DNA from: Candidatus Aminicenantes bacterium
GTDB taxonomy: Bacteria > Acidobacteriota > Aminicenantia > Aminicenantales > JAFGAV01
Assembly (NCBI GenBank): GCA_016933515.1
Contig: JAFGAV010000063.1
Span: forward strand, 3,629-67,628
DNA length: 64,000 bases
Reading direction: 5' to 3'
This document shows, in pieces, positions 53,210 through 64,000 of this stretch (positions within the stretch are counted from its first letter, which is position 1; the number at the start of each line of letters is the position of its first letter). Position numbers and translations under genes: made by a program. The notes beneath the pieces are model-generated. The model had not been told where the DNA came from. It was given only the letters and a program-made list of their open reading frames with translations, and searched no databases.

Positions 53210-54031
53210 TCACTGCACTCCCATTTTTTTGGCCAGCGTTCTCAGTCGGAGAGCTTTCTTGGTCCGGACCCAAGATGCATACCACGATTTCCGGAACGCG
53301 TACCAGAGGGCGAAGATCTTCCCGGGCGGACATCCGCCGGCGTAATAAGTGAGAAAATCTTTCCGCTTCTCCCGCGGAACGCCCAGCCGCACAAGATTCG
53401 CCGCGGCGCGCAAACCCTTCACCTTTTTCAGAATCCGCACCCTGTTGGTGTCAAGAAGATAGAAATCGTAGCCGCCTTTCCCGTCCTCCGCGACCAGGAC
53501 GTTTCCGTCCGAGAGGTCCCGGTGCCAAATCCCCCGGTCGTGGCATGTCTTCAAGAACCGGGCCAGGGAGCGGATCAGACGGTCCAGGCGTTCGCTCTCC
53601 AGGCCGAGAAACTGCTCCCTCACTTCCCGGACGTTCTCCGCCATCTCGGCCAGGAAATATCCCTCGGCCGTCGTTCCCGCCCTGCGGCTTTCGAGCCAGG
53701 CCAGGGGGCGCGGCGTGGGGATGCCTCGCTCGACGAGAGCACGCGCTCCGCGCCAGGCCTTGAGGGGCTTGGGCGCGAGGACAAGAGTCTTCAGCCTGTC
53801 CACGCCTCGCGGACGGAAACGCTTCAGGACGACTTCCCGGCGGCCGCGTCCGGGAACGTCGAGACGGAGCGCCGCCAGGCGGTTGCGCCCGGCATGAATC
53901 ACGGTCCCGCTCCTCATGAGCTTTTCGGGATCCGACAGGGAGGCAAGAAAAGCCGGCTCATGGAGAGCGGCATCGACCGCGCCCCGGTATTGTCCCAGGT
54001 CGACCGGCCTTTCCTCCGCAAGCGGCGTCAC
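53210..54031 (-). CDS. lipopolysaccharide kinase (Kdo/WaaP/InaA) family protein
   Basis: VVLKRF, YFLAEM, GIWHRDLSDGNVLV (catalytic loop), LLDTNR. Located in an LPS-core gene context. Confidence 0.75.
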   Translation of the reverse strand: MTPLAEERPVDLGQYRGAVDAALHEPAFLASLSDPEKLMRSGTVIHAGRNRLAALRLDVPGRGRREVVLKRFRPRGVDRLKTLVLAPKPLKAWRGARALVERGIPTPRPLAWLESRRAGTTAEGYFLAEMAENVREVREQFLGLESERLDRLIRSLARFLKTCHDRGIWHRDLSDGNVLVAEDGKGGYDFYLLDTNRVRILKKVKGLRAAANLVRLGVPREKRKDFLTYYAGGCPPGKIFALWYAFRKSWYASWVRTKKALRLRTLAKKMGVQ

Positions 54032-55128
54032 CGCCGTCCTCCTTTCGGCGGCCGGAAGCGGCGTTCAAGGACATCGAGCAGCCGTCTTCCCAAGGGTTGC
54101 GTCGCGTAACGGCTCCGGACGAGATCGAGGCCGTTCCCGCCGATGGCGGCGCGCAGCCCGCTGTCCGCCTTCAGTTCCAGGACGGCTTCGGCCAGCGATA
54201 CGGGCCCTGGCGGGTCGCAGAAAAAGAGATGCTCCCGATGGCGGAAAAACTCCTCGGCGGCCGGCGTCCTGGCGGTGACGACCGGCCGGCCCATGCCCAG
54301 GGCCTGAAAGATCTTGTGGGGCACGACGCGCGCCGTCTTCTCCGTCCGGCCGAAGATGCCCAGGCAGACGTCGGCCCGGCCGATGCGTCCGGGCAGGTCC
54401 TCGAGGCGCGACCAGCCGTCGAAACGAATATTGTCCGCGCTGAGATCTTTTGCCAGCGCCGCCGCGGCGGGGCGGGTCTGGCCGTCGCCCACGAGGCGGA
54501 AGACGACCGATCGGTCCTTGCGGCCGACGATGGCCGCGGCCCGGACGATCGAGTCCACGCCGTGAAGCGGGAGGAAGGAGCCGACGAAAAGAACCGTGAA
54601 TTCCCCCGTGCGTTCCCTCTTCTCCGCGCCCAAGGGAGAGAACAGCCGGTCGTCATACCCCACCGGCACGACGGCCGTCCTGAGCGGCTCGAGCCCGAAA
54701 CGCGAGCGGAAATATTCCGCGTGGGTCGCGGTATCGGCCAGGACGAGGCCGGGCATCCCGAAGGCCCAGCGGTCGATCGCCAGGTTCCACCAGGCCTCGA
54801 CCGAGGATGGGGGATTTCTCCGCCAGTCCAGGATCTTGGTTTCATACCTCGAGGCCAGGGGGTCGTGGACAAGGAGACGGCCGGTCCAGGCGGAGATCAG
54901 GCGGGCGAGGGGGACGTCCTTTTGCCGGAACTCGGGGACGAAGACGACGTCCGCGCGGCGGGCGGCGGCCAGGCCGCGGAGGAACAGACGCGGATAGCGC
55001 AGCCAGAATTTCTCCCTTCCGGGAGCTCGGCATTCGACGACCTCGGCTCCGTTCCGCCGCAGTCCTTCCCGGAGAACGGCGTTCCGCGGATAGAGCGGAT
55101 CGTAACCCCCGAAAAAGCAAATTTTCAC
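54028..55128 (-). CDS. glycosyltransferase family 4 (GT-B, GT1-like)
   Basis: GTG start 55128 (MKICFFGGYDP). C-terminal half FVGSFLPLHG...GDG...PHKIFQALGMGRPVV (E-x7-E-like region). Confidence 0.85.
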   Translation of the reverse strand: MKICFFGGYDPLYPRNAVLREGLRRNGAEVVECRAPGREKFWLRYPRLFLRGLAAARRADVVFVPEFRQKDVPLARLISAWTGRLLVHDPLASRYETKILDWRRNPPSSVEAWWNLAIDRWAFGMPGLVLADTATHAEYFRSRFGLEPLRTAVVPVGYDDRLFSPLGAEKRERTGEFTVLFVGSFLPLHGVDSIVRAAAIVGRKDRSVVFRLVGDGQTRPAAAALAKDLSADNIRFDGWSRLEDLPGRIGRADVCLGIFGRTEKTARVVPHKIFQALGMGRPVVTARTPAAEEFFRHREHLFFCDPPGPVSLAEAVLELKADSGLRAAIGGNGLDLVRSRYATQPLGRRLLDVLERRFRPPKGGRR

Positions 55129-55153
55129 GTTAAAGACTTAACCTTGACGCCGG

Positions 55154-55190
55154 GAGAAGTCAAGCCGGACGGCCGCCGTCTTGACTTCTC
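55154..55190. repeat. perfect 11-bp inverted repeat GAGAAGTCAAG-N15-CTTGACTTCTC in the GT4 / Ser-Thr-kinase divergent region
   Basis: Read directly from the sequence. The right arm contains the TTGACT -35 candidate of the kinase promoter. Confidence 0.6.
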
Positions 55191-55210
55191 TTGAAGCTCT
55201 GGAATATAAA
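55181..55210 (+). promoter_or_regulatory. candidate sigma-70 promoter of the Ser/Thr kinase gene
   Basis: TTGACT (55181-86), 18-nt spacer, TATAAA (55205-10), 31 nt upstream of ATG 55241. The TTG that opens the track ORF is this -35 box. Confidence 0.4.
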
Positions 55211-55240
55211 GCGGATAGAAGTCAGGGAAAACTTCCCGGC

Positions 55241-57958
<2,718 letters not shown>

Positions 57959-58057
57959 CCGGCTGCGGCCCCGGACGGCGGCATCGGCGGCCGGTTCTCC
58001 GGACGCGATTGACGCCGGGGAGAGAGGTGGGATAAGATTCGCAGCAGGAGCGACGCC

Positions 58058-58420
58058 ATGGCCATCGACCCTGAACTTCTCGAAATCCTCGCCTGTCCGG
58101 TCTGCAAGACCTCCGTGACCCTGACCCGGGACGGGAAGGGCCTGTTCTGCAGCCGGTGCCGGCGCCTTTACCCCATCGTGGACGACATCCCGGTGATGCT
58201 TGTCGAGGAAGCCGTCCTGGTGAAGAAGGCCGGCGCGGCGGCCGGGCGGCCCAAAAAAAAGGCTGCCGGCGGCAAAGCAAAGCCGGCGACAAAGAAAAAG
58301 ACCGGGCTTCGGACGAAAGCAAAATCCAAGGCCAAGACAAAGCCCAGGTTCAAGACACGGCCTAAGGCCAAAGCCAAATCCAAAGCCAGGCCGAAACCCA
58401 AAATCCGGCGAAAACGCTGA
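58058..58420 (+). CDS. Trm112/YcaR-family zinc-ribbon protein with Lys/Ala/Pro-rich histone-H1-like C-terminal tail
   Basis: LLEILACPVCK...LFCSRCRRLYPIVDDIPVML, then about 65 aa of KKAAGGKAKPATKKK...KAKAKSKARPKPK. Confidence 0.75.
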   Translation: MAIDPELLEILACPVCKTSVTLTRDGKGLFCSRCRRLYPIVDDIPVMLVEEAVLVKKAGAAAGRPKKKAAGGKAKPATKKKTGLRTKAKSKAKTKPRFKTRPKAKAKSKARPKPKIRRKR

Positions 58421-58434
58421 GCCTTGCTCAACCC

Positions 58435-59436
58435 TTGAAGATCCTCCTCATCCGGCTGAGGCGGACGGGCGATATCGTTCTGACAACGCCGGCCGTCGCC
58501 GCCCTGAAGGCGGCTTTCCCGGATTCCTCCCTGACCTATGTCGTCGAGAAACCCTTCGCCAGGCTTGTCCAGGGCCATCCGCACATCGACCACGTCATCG
58601 TCCTGGACCCGAAGCCGCGTCGCCGGGAATTCCCGGCCCTCATCCGGAAAATCCGTCGGGAAAAATTCGACGCCGTCCTGGACTTCCACGGCGGGCCCAA
58701 GGCTTCTCTCCTCGCCTTCCTCTCCGGGGCCCGGATCCGGGTGGGCTACGCGGTGAAATACCGGCGCTTCATTTACAACCGCCGCATCCCCCGGGCTTAT
58801 GCGGAAGGGCCCGTCCACAGCGCGCTCAATCACCTGAACCTTGTCAAAGCCCTGGGCGCGCAAGTGCCCAAGGACCCGCCGCTCACGCTCCCCGAAGCCA
58901 CGGCGGCGGAAAAAAAGAACGTTCAACGGCTGATGAGGGAAACAGGACGGGGAAAAAGGGTCGTCCTCCACATCGGCGCGGGAAACCGTTTCCGGGACTG
59001 GGGCGTCGAGAACATCTCCCGATTTATCGGGCTGATCGGCGGCCTTCGAGGGGTCCGCATCGTCCTTGTCGGCGGCCGAGAGGACCGGGAGGCCGAGGAA
59101 GAAATCCAAAGGCGCTCCGGCGGCCGCGTTTCCTCGTTTGTCGGCCGGGTGAACCTGATCGAGCTGAGGGAAGTCATCCGCAGGGCGGCGCTGTTTATCG
59201 GACCGGACAGCGGTCCGATGCACATCGCCGCCTCGACTCCGACACCCATCGTGGCCGTTTTCGGGCCCACGCTTCCGGCTCATTTCGCGCCCTGGAAGGC
59301 CCGGGCGGTCATCGTGCAAAAAGACCTCGACTGCCGGCCCTGCCGGCAGAGAAAATGCGTCACCGGCGATTATCGCTGCCTGCGGGACATCACCCCGGAG
59401 CAGGTTTTCAAGGCCTGCCGTCGCTTTCTGCGCTAG
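58435..59436 (+). CDS. glycosyltransferase family 9 (LPS heptosyltransferase)
   Basis: TTG start, MKILLIRLRRTGDIVLTTPA; HIGAGNRFRDWG; IGPDSGPMHIAAS (typical GT9 motifs). Confidence 0.85.
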   Translation: MKILLIRLRRTGDIVLTTPAVAALKAAFPDSSLTYVVEKPFARLVQGHPHIDHVIVLDPKPRRREFPALIRKIRREKFDAVLDFHGGPKASLLAFLSGARIRVGYAVKYRRFIYNRRIPRAYAEGPVHSALNHLNLVKALGAQVPKDPPLTLPEATAAEKKNVQRLMRETGRGKRVVLHIGAGNRFRDWGVENISRFIGLIGGLRGVRIVLVGGREDREAEEEIQRRSGGRVSSFVGRVNLIELREVIRRAALFIGPDSGPMHIAASTPTPIVAVFGPTLPAHFAPWKARAVIVQKDLDCRPCRQRKCVTGDYRCLRDITPEQVFKACRRFLR

Positions 59437-59565
59437 GGCAAAGAAAGAGCCGCAGCGGAACGCGCCGTTCCGCAGCGATTCGAACCGCGCCGGGCGCTGA
59501 GGCCCTTCCTTCCGGCCTGAGCAGCCGAACCGCAGCGTTGGCCAAACGGACGGGCTTGTAGTAAA

Positions 59566-60828
59566 ATGCTGTTTTATTTTATGCCCTGCGTCCCGAACAT
59601 GACCATCATGACGGCAGAAGTGAAGAACGGAGGCGGTCCGGGCCTGTTCTTGTGGCTCTTTCTCTGCGGAACCCTGCTCTTCGCCCTGGTGTCCATCAGC
59701 GCCGCGCAGATTTTCCTTGCCGCGGCGCTCGCGGCCTGGCTTCTGCTTCTGGCCGTCAAGAAAGAACGGCCCGCGTTTCCTGCGTTTTTCTGGCTCCTCC
59801 TGGCCTATGCCGGGCTGTCCCTCGTTTCCGCCGCCTTCTCCATCGACCCGGCGACGAGTTTCAAGGACTGCCGCGAGCTCCTGCTCTTCCTTGCCGTCCC
59901 TCTGGTTTTCGCGGCCTTTCTTTCGCTCCCCCGAACGAAGGCCGGCGCCGCCTGCCTGCTCGCCTCGGCTATGGCATCGTGCGGCTATTCGCTTTTCCAT
60001 TTTGTCCTCAGGTCTTCTCCGGGGGAACGGGCGACGGGCTTCATGGGCCATACGATGACCCAGGGCGGGCTGCTGATGCTCTTCAGCCTGCTGGCCCTGG
60101 CTCTTTTCCTTTTTCTAAAGGAAAAGCTCCGCTGGCTGTGGGCCGCGGCCCTGATCCCTTCTCTCGCCTGCCTGGTTCTGACCCAGACGCGCAGCGCCTG
60201 GCTCGGGTTTCTTGTGGGCGCCACCGCGCTCCTCGGAATCTACAAGCCCAAGCTCCTGGTCCTTCCGCCTCTGCTTGTCGGCCTCTTTTTCCTGCTGTCC
60301 CAACCGCTTCACAAGCGTTTTTCTCTCGTCTCCGAACTCCGGGAACGGGCCCTAAGCGTTTTCAGCCTGAAAGACAAGTCCAACAGGGACCGCCTGGAAT
60401 ACCTGCGGGCCGGTTGGAAAGTCATCACCCTCAGGCCGTTGCTCGGAACCGGGCCGGACACGGTGGACGAAGTCTTCACCGACCCGTCGCTCGCCCTGTC
60501 GGGGCGGGCCGCGCAAAACGTCCATCTCCACAACAACCTCGTCCAGATCGCCGCCGAGCGGGGGCTCCCGGCCGCGGCGGTCTGGATCGCGTTCCTGGCC
60601 TGGGCCGCGGTCTCCGCGCTGCGCGTTTTCCGCCGGGACGAGCCCTGGCCGAAGGCTCTGGCGGGAACGGCGTTGGCGGCCGTGATTTCTCTGTTCGTTG
60701 CCGGGATGTTTGAGTACAACTTCGGAGATTCCGAAATCACCGTTCTGTTCCTCATCCTGATCACTTTGCCTCTCGGCCTGGACGCCGCAACCCGGAGGGC
60801 GGCGACGGCCGGGACCGAAATCCCATGA
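59566..60828 (+). CDS. O-antigen ligase (Wzy_C) family membrane protein
   Basis: About 10 TM segments; LVLTQTRSAWLGFLVG and a periplasmic loop with HLHNNLVQIAAERG. The start is uncertain (several in-frame Met). Confidence 0.8.
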   Translation: MLFYFMPCVPNMTIMTAEVKNGGGPGLFLWLFLCGTLLFALVSISAAQIFLAAALAAWLLLLAVKKERPAFPAFFWLLLAYAGLSLVSAAFSIDPATSFKDCRELLLFLAVPLVFAAFLSLPRTKAGAACLLASAMASCGYSLFHFVLRSSPGERATGFMGHTMTQGGLLMLFSLLALALFLFLKEKLRWLWAAALIPSLACLVLTQTRSAWLGFLVGATALLGIYKPKLLVLPPLLVGLFFLLSQPLHKRFSLVSELRERALSVFSLKDKSNRDRLEYLRAGWKVITLRPLLGTGPDTVDEVFTDPSLALSGRAAQNVHLHNNLVQIAAERGLPAAAVWIAFLAWAAVSALRVFRRDEPWPKALAGTALAAVISLFVAGMFEYNFGDSEITVLFLILITLPLGLDAATRRAATAGTEIP

Positions 60829-61985
60829 GCGAAAATCACGCGCCGCGCCGGTCCCGTTTCCGAAAAAGGACGTTCGTCCTGGCCGCCGCGGGCGCCGTCT
60901 TCCTGGGCTACGCCGCCTGGCTGCTCATCCAGATTTTGTCTTATCGCGTCTACCCCACGGGCTTCGCCGCGCCTTTTCAGGAAATCGAAGGCGCCTATCA
61001 CATCCACAGCCTCCATTCCGACGGCCGGGCCGATGTCGATACGATCGCCGCCGCGGGCGCCGCGACCGGCCTGGACTTTCTCGTGCTCACCGATCACGGA
61101 TCCCCCAACCACGCCTCCCTCGCCGAGCAGGGCTGGCGGGACGGAGTGCTCGTTCTGGCCGGCACGGAGATCTCCACCAGCCGGGGCCACCTCGTCGGGC
61201 TGGGATTCGATCCGGCGCCCGAGCGCTTCGCTCAAAACGCGGAGGAGTCGCTTCGGGAAATCAACCGCCGGGGCGGGATGGGCATCATTTCCCATCCCTA
61301 TCACAAAGCGCGTTGGTCCTGGGGACCGATGGAAGGCTACGCGGGGATGGACATCCTCAACGGCAATTCCCTGCTGAAGAGCGGCTGGGCCCGCATTCTG
61401 CTCTACCTTCCCGCTCTCCCCATCGACGGCCGGTTTTTCCTCCTCAAGCTGACGCGGCCCTTTCCCCGGGAGCTCGACAAATGGGACGAGCTCAACGCCC
61501 GACACCGCATCTACGGTTTCTACACCGTGGACGCCCACCTGTTTTACCGGGCCATGTTTTCCTTCCTCCGCCTGCATGTCATTCTCGATCGGCCCCTTTC
61601 CCGGGATTTTCAAGAGGCCCGGCGCCAGGTCTTGGAGGCGATCCAAGCCGGAAAATTCTACAGCGCCGTGGACGCCGCCGCCCAGGCCCGCGGCTTCCGG
61701 TTCTGGGGCGAGAAAGAAGGGCGGAGAATCCCCATGGGTCGGGAGCCGCTCTATGAACCGCCCTGCAGCCTGCGGGTGAAGGCCCGCTTCGATTTCGACG
61801 TCGAGACGCGGCTCATCAGAGACGGCCGCGTCATCCATTCCACGCGCCAAAAGGAATTTCTGTTCGAAGCGCCGGGGCCGGGCGTCTACCGGTCCGAGGT
61901 GTACCTGCGCTCCCGAACCCCTCTCGACCGCCGGGTGCCGTGGATCATCTCCAACCCCATCTTCTTCCGGAAGGTGTCTCCATGA
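60825..61985 (+). CDS. membrane-anchored PHP/CehA-McbA-family metallophosphoesterase
   Basis: N-terminal TM; GAYHIHSLHSDGRAD...DFLVLTDHG...GTEIST..GHLVGLGF. ATGA overlaps with both neighbours. Confidence 0.7.
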   Translation: MSENHAPRRSRFRKRTFVLAAAGAVFLGYAAWLLIQILSYRVYPTGFAAPFQEIEGAYHIHSLHSDGRADVDTIAAAGAATGLDFLVLTDHGSPNHASLAEQGWRDGVLVLAGTEISTSRGHLVGLGFDPAPERFAQNAEESLREINRRGGMGIISHPYHKARWSWGPMEGYAGMDILNGNSLLKSGWARILLYLPALPIDGRFFLLKLTRPFPRELDKWDELNARHRIYGFYTVDAHLFYRAMFSFLRLHVILDRPLSRDFQEARRQVLEAIQAGKFYSAVDAAAQARGFRFWGEKEGRRIPMGREPLYEPPCSLRVKARFDFDVETRLIRDGRVIHSTRQKEFLFEAPGPGVYRSEVYLRSRTPLDRRVPWIISNPIFFRKVSP

Positions 61986-62974
61986 AAACGGAAGAAACCA
62001 AAAAACTCCAGAAAATCATCGGCCGATTCGAAGACCGGAAGGTCGTGGTCCTGGGCGATTTGATGCTGGACCGCTACATCTGGGGACGCGTGTCGCGCAT
62101 TTCCCCGGAGGCGCCGGTTCCCGTGGTGGAGGTGTCGCAGAGCACGTCCAGCCTGGGCGGGGCGGGGAACGTGGCTCACAATCTGCTGAATCTGGGCGCC
62201 GCCCCCATCCTGGTGGGCGTGGTCGGCGACGACGAAGAGGGGCGCTGGATCCGGGGCCTCATGTCCGAAAACCGTGGCATTGTCACGGACTCCAAGAGGC
62301 CGACCACGGTCAAGACGCGCATCATCGCCCATCACCAGCAGGTCGTCCGCGTCGACCAGGAACGACGGCGTCCCGTCTCTCCCGCGGTCGAGTCGGCCAT
62401 CGCGGATTTCCTCAAGAGCCGGGATTTCGACGGCCTCATCATCTCCGACTACAACAAGGGCATCGTCACCCGGACGCTCATGGCCAAGGTGCTCGCCCTC
62501 GCCCGGAGCCGGAAGGCGCCCGTGTTCGTCGACCCTAAAGTCGAGAACATTCGACTCTTCTCTCCGGCGACGCTCCTCGCTCCCAACCACCTGGAGGTGG
62601 AGAGGATCGTCCACCTGTCCTGCCGAACGGACGCCGAAGCCGAGCAGGCCGGACGGCGCCTCATGGAGACGGTCTCCAGCCGTTACCTGATCATCAAGCG
62701 CGGCGAGCAGGGCATGTCCGTCTTCGAGAGGGGCCGCAAGGCGATCCATCTGCCCACCAATGCCCGGGAAGTGTTCGACGTCACCGGCGCCGGCGACACG
62801 GTCCTGGCCGTCTCCGCCCTGGCGCTGCTCTCCGGAGCCTCGATCCGGGAGGCGGCCGTCCTGGCCAACACGGCGGGCGGAATCGTCGTGGGCAAGATCG
62901 GCACGGCCACGGTCACGCCGGCCGAGCTCCGTCAGGGTCTGCGGCGGGCCAACAATTTACGGAAACAGTCCTGA
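61982..62974 (+). CDS. hldE: D-glycero-beta-D-manno-heptose-7-phosphate kinase (RfaE/HldE domain I, PfkB family)
   Basis: VVVLGDLMLDRYIWGRVSRISPEAPVPVV; GGAGNVAHNL; DVTGAGDTV. Kinase domain only. Confidence 0.85.
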   Translation: MKTEETKKLQKIIGRFEDRKVVVLGDLMLDRYIWGRVSRISPEAPVPVVEVSQSTSSLGGAGNVAHNLLNLGAAPILVGVVGDDEEGRWIRGLMSENRGIVTDSKRPTTVKTRIIAHHQQVVRVDQERRRPVSPAVESAIADFLKSRDFDGLIISDYNKGIVTRTLMAKVLALARSRKAPVFVDPKVENIRLFSPATLLAPNHLEVERIVHLSCRTDAEAEQAGRRLMETVSSRYLIIKRGEQGMSVFERGRKAIHLPTNAREVFDVTGAGDTVLAVSALALLSGASIREAAVLANTAGGIVVGKIGTATVTPAELRQGLRRANNLRKQS

Positions 62975-63050
62975 CGATCCGCCGGCGGGAGATGCCGGCT
63001 CCCGATTCGGTCGCGGCCGCGCGGCCCTGTAACGGCGGCAAAAAAAAGAG

Positions 63051-63056
63051 TATAAT
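63051..63056 (+). promoter_or_regulatory. perfect TATAAT -10 box upstream of purF
   Basis: TATAAT lies 58 nt upstream of ATG 63114, preceded by an A8 run. The -35 is weak. Confidence 0.35.
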
Positions 63057-63113
63057 GAAGTGTGGTCGGCCTGTTTTGAAGATTCCTGTTTCCGCCCGGG
63101 TGAGGAAGAGTTC

Positions 63114-64000
63114 ATGTGCGGCGTAATCGGCATCCTGGGGAACGGCGATGTGTTCCGCGACCTCTACCAAGGCCTGCTGGCCATCCAGCACCGCGGCCAG
63201 GACGCGGCCGGCATCATCACCTACGACGGCCGGTTCCACACCAAAAAAGGGAACGGTCTGGTGCGGGACATCTTCAGCCCGGCGCATGCCGAAAGGCTGC
63301 GCGGCCCGGTCGGCATCGGTCACACCCGCTACCCGACGATCGGCGGCGGCGCTGGCGAGGACGCCCAGCCCTTCCAAACCAACGCTCCCTTCGGCATCAT
63401 CCTGGCCCACAACGGGAACGTCGTCAATTACCGGGAGCTCAAGACCGAGCTCTTCGACAAGCATCACCGCCTGCTCAACTCCGACTGCGACGCGGAGATC
63501 ATCCTTAACGTTTTCGCCCAGGGGCTTCCCCAACGCCGGATCAAATCGCTCTCCCCGGAAGACATCTCCGCCGCCGTCAGGAACGTCTACGCCAAGGTCA
63601 AGGGCAGCTACTCCGTGGCGGCCTACATCGCCGAGCAGGGCCTGGTCGCCTTCCGCGATCCCTACGGCATCAAACCCTTGGCCTACGGTGTCCGCCATGA
63701 CGGCGTCCTGCCGTCTTACGCCGTGGCGTCGGAAACGGTGGCCCTGAACATCCTGAATTTCGAGGACATCCGGACGATCGAAGCCGGCCAAGCGCTGTTC
63801 ATCGACCGGGACCGCCGGGTTCACGTCCGCAAGCTTCTCCGCAAGCCCCACTCGCCCTGCCTGTTCGAATGGGTCTACTTCGCCCGCCCCGATTCTCTCG
63901 TCGACGACGCCCACGTCTATGAATGCCGGGTCAATCTGGGAAAGCTCCTGGCGCGGCGGATCAAGGCGCTGCGCCTCAAGATCGACGTCGTCGTTCCCGT
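63114..64000 (+). CDS. purF: amidophosphoribosyltransferase, 5' partial (runs off the right edge)
   Basis: My own translation from ATG 63114: MCGVIGILGNGDVFRDLYQGLLAIQHRGQDAAGIITYDG...GIGHTRYPT (Ntn Cys1 glutaminase domain). This ORF is not in the track because it is open-ended. Confidence 0.9.
   Translation, partial: MCGVIGILGNGDVFRDLYQGLLAIQHRGQDAAGIITYDGRFHTKKGNGLVRDIFSPAHAERLRGPVGIGHTRYPTIGGGAGEDAQPFQTNAPFGIILAHNGNVVNYRELKTELFDKHHRLLNSDCDAEIILNVFAQGLPQRRIKSLSPEDISAAVRNVYAKVKGSYSVAAYIAEQGLVAFRDPYGIKPLAYGVRHDGVLPSYAVASETVALNILNFEDIRTIEAGQALFIDRDRRVHVRKLLRKPHSPCLFEWVYFARPDSLVDDAHVYECRVNLGKLLARRIKALRLKIDVVVP

Noticed and set aside
58240-58417. Periodic AAG/GCC/AAA-rich DNA, considered as a tandem repeat or array
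   Set aside because: It is in frame with, and part of, the Trm112-like ORF, where it encodes the Lys/Ala/Pro tail. There is no repeat-spacer organisation.
59477-59486. GATTCGAACC, a tRNA T-loop-like string in the GT9/ligase intergenic region
   Set aside because: The flanks do not form a T-stem, acceptor stem or anticodon arm. The neighbouring structure is just an 8-bp hairpin (59455-59473) after the GT9 stop.

Overview
GC-rich bacterial chromosomal window. The LPS-core, heptose and OMP genes suggest a Gram-negative envelope, and the redox genes suggest an anaerobe. I count about 59 protein genes. By eye I found no rRNA, tRNA, CRISPR array or transposase. The left 26 kb (+ strand) is a dense hydrogen-metabolism island with four parts. 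(i) A 16-gene operon (547-14106) combines hdrC-hdrB, a split hdrA, a HydABC-type regulatory cassette (DRTGG/anti-sigma-type kinase, H-cluster-domain protein, DRTGG, PHP, HATPase), NuoE/NuoF-type flavoprotein genes and a group-3c-like MvhDGA [NiFe] hydrogenase. (ii) A Cache-HAMP histidine kinase is paired with a sigma-54 activator. (iii) A group-3b-like four-subunit [NiFe] hydrogenase sits behind a sigma-54-type promoter, and its large subunit is fused in frame to a maturation-endopeptidase domain. (iv) REC-REC and REC-HK proteins, a stand-alone endopeptidase, hypB and hypA follow. After the island come pstSCAB with an Rrf2 regulator (- strand) and a second, paralogous kinase with a REC-GcvH-like regulator and a 1037-aa HEAT/P-loop/propeller protein. 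Housekeeping genes follow (DPP-IV-like peptidase, methyltransferase, UbiA, rdgB, comEA, xerC, topA, dprA, nupC), then envelope and OMP genes. The window ends with an LPS-core/heptose cluster interrupted by a Ser/Thr-kinase-TolB-propeller gene, and the 5' part of purF. The best candidates for something undescribed are the composite Hdr/NuoEF/Mvh operon with its split and re-fused HdrA, the H-cluster-domain regulatory cassette embedded in a [NiFe] operon, and the large-subunit-endopeptidase fusion. All functional calls come from motif recognition in the translations; no database search was run. Many very long antisense ORFs in the track are GC-driven shadow ORFs.
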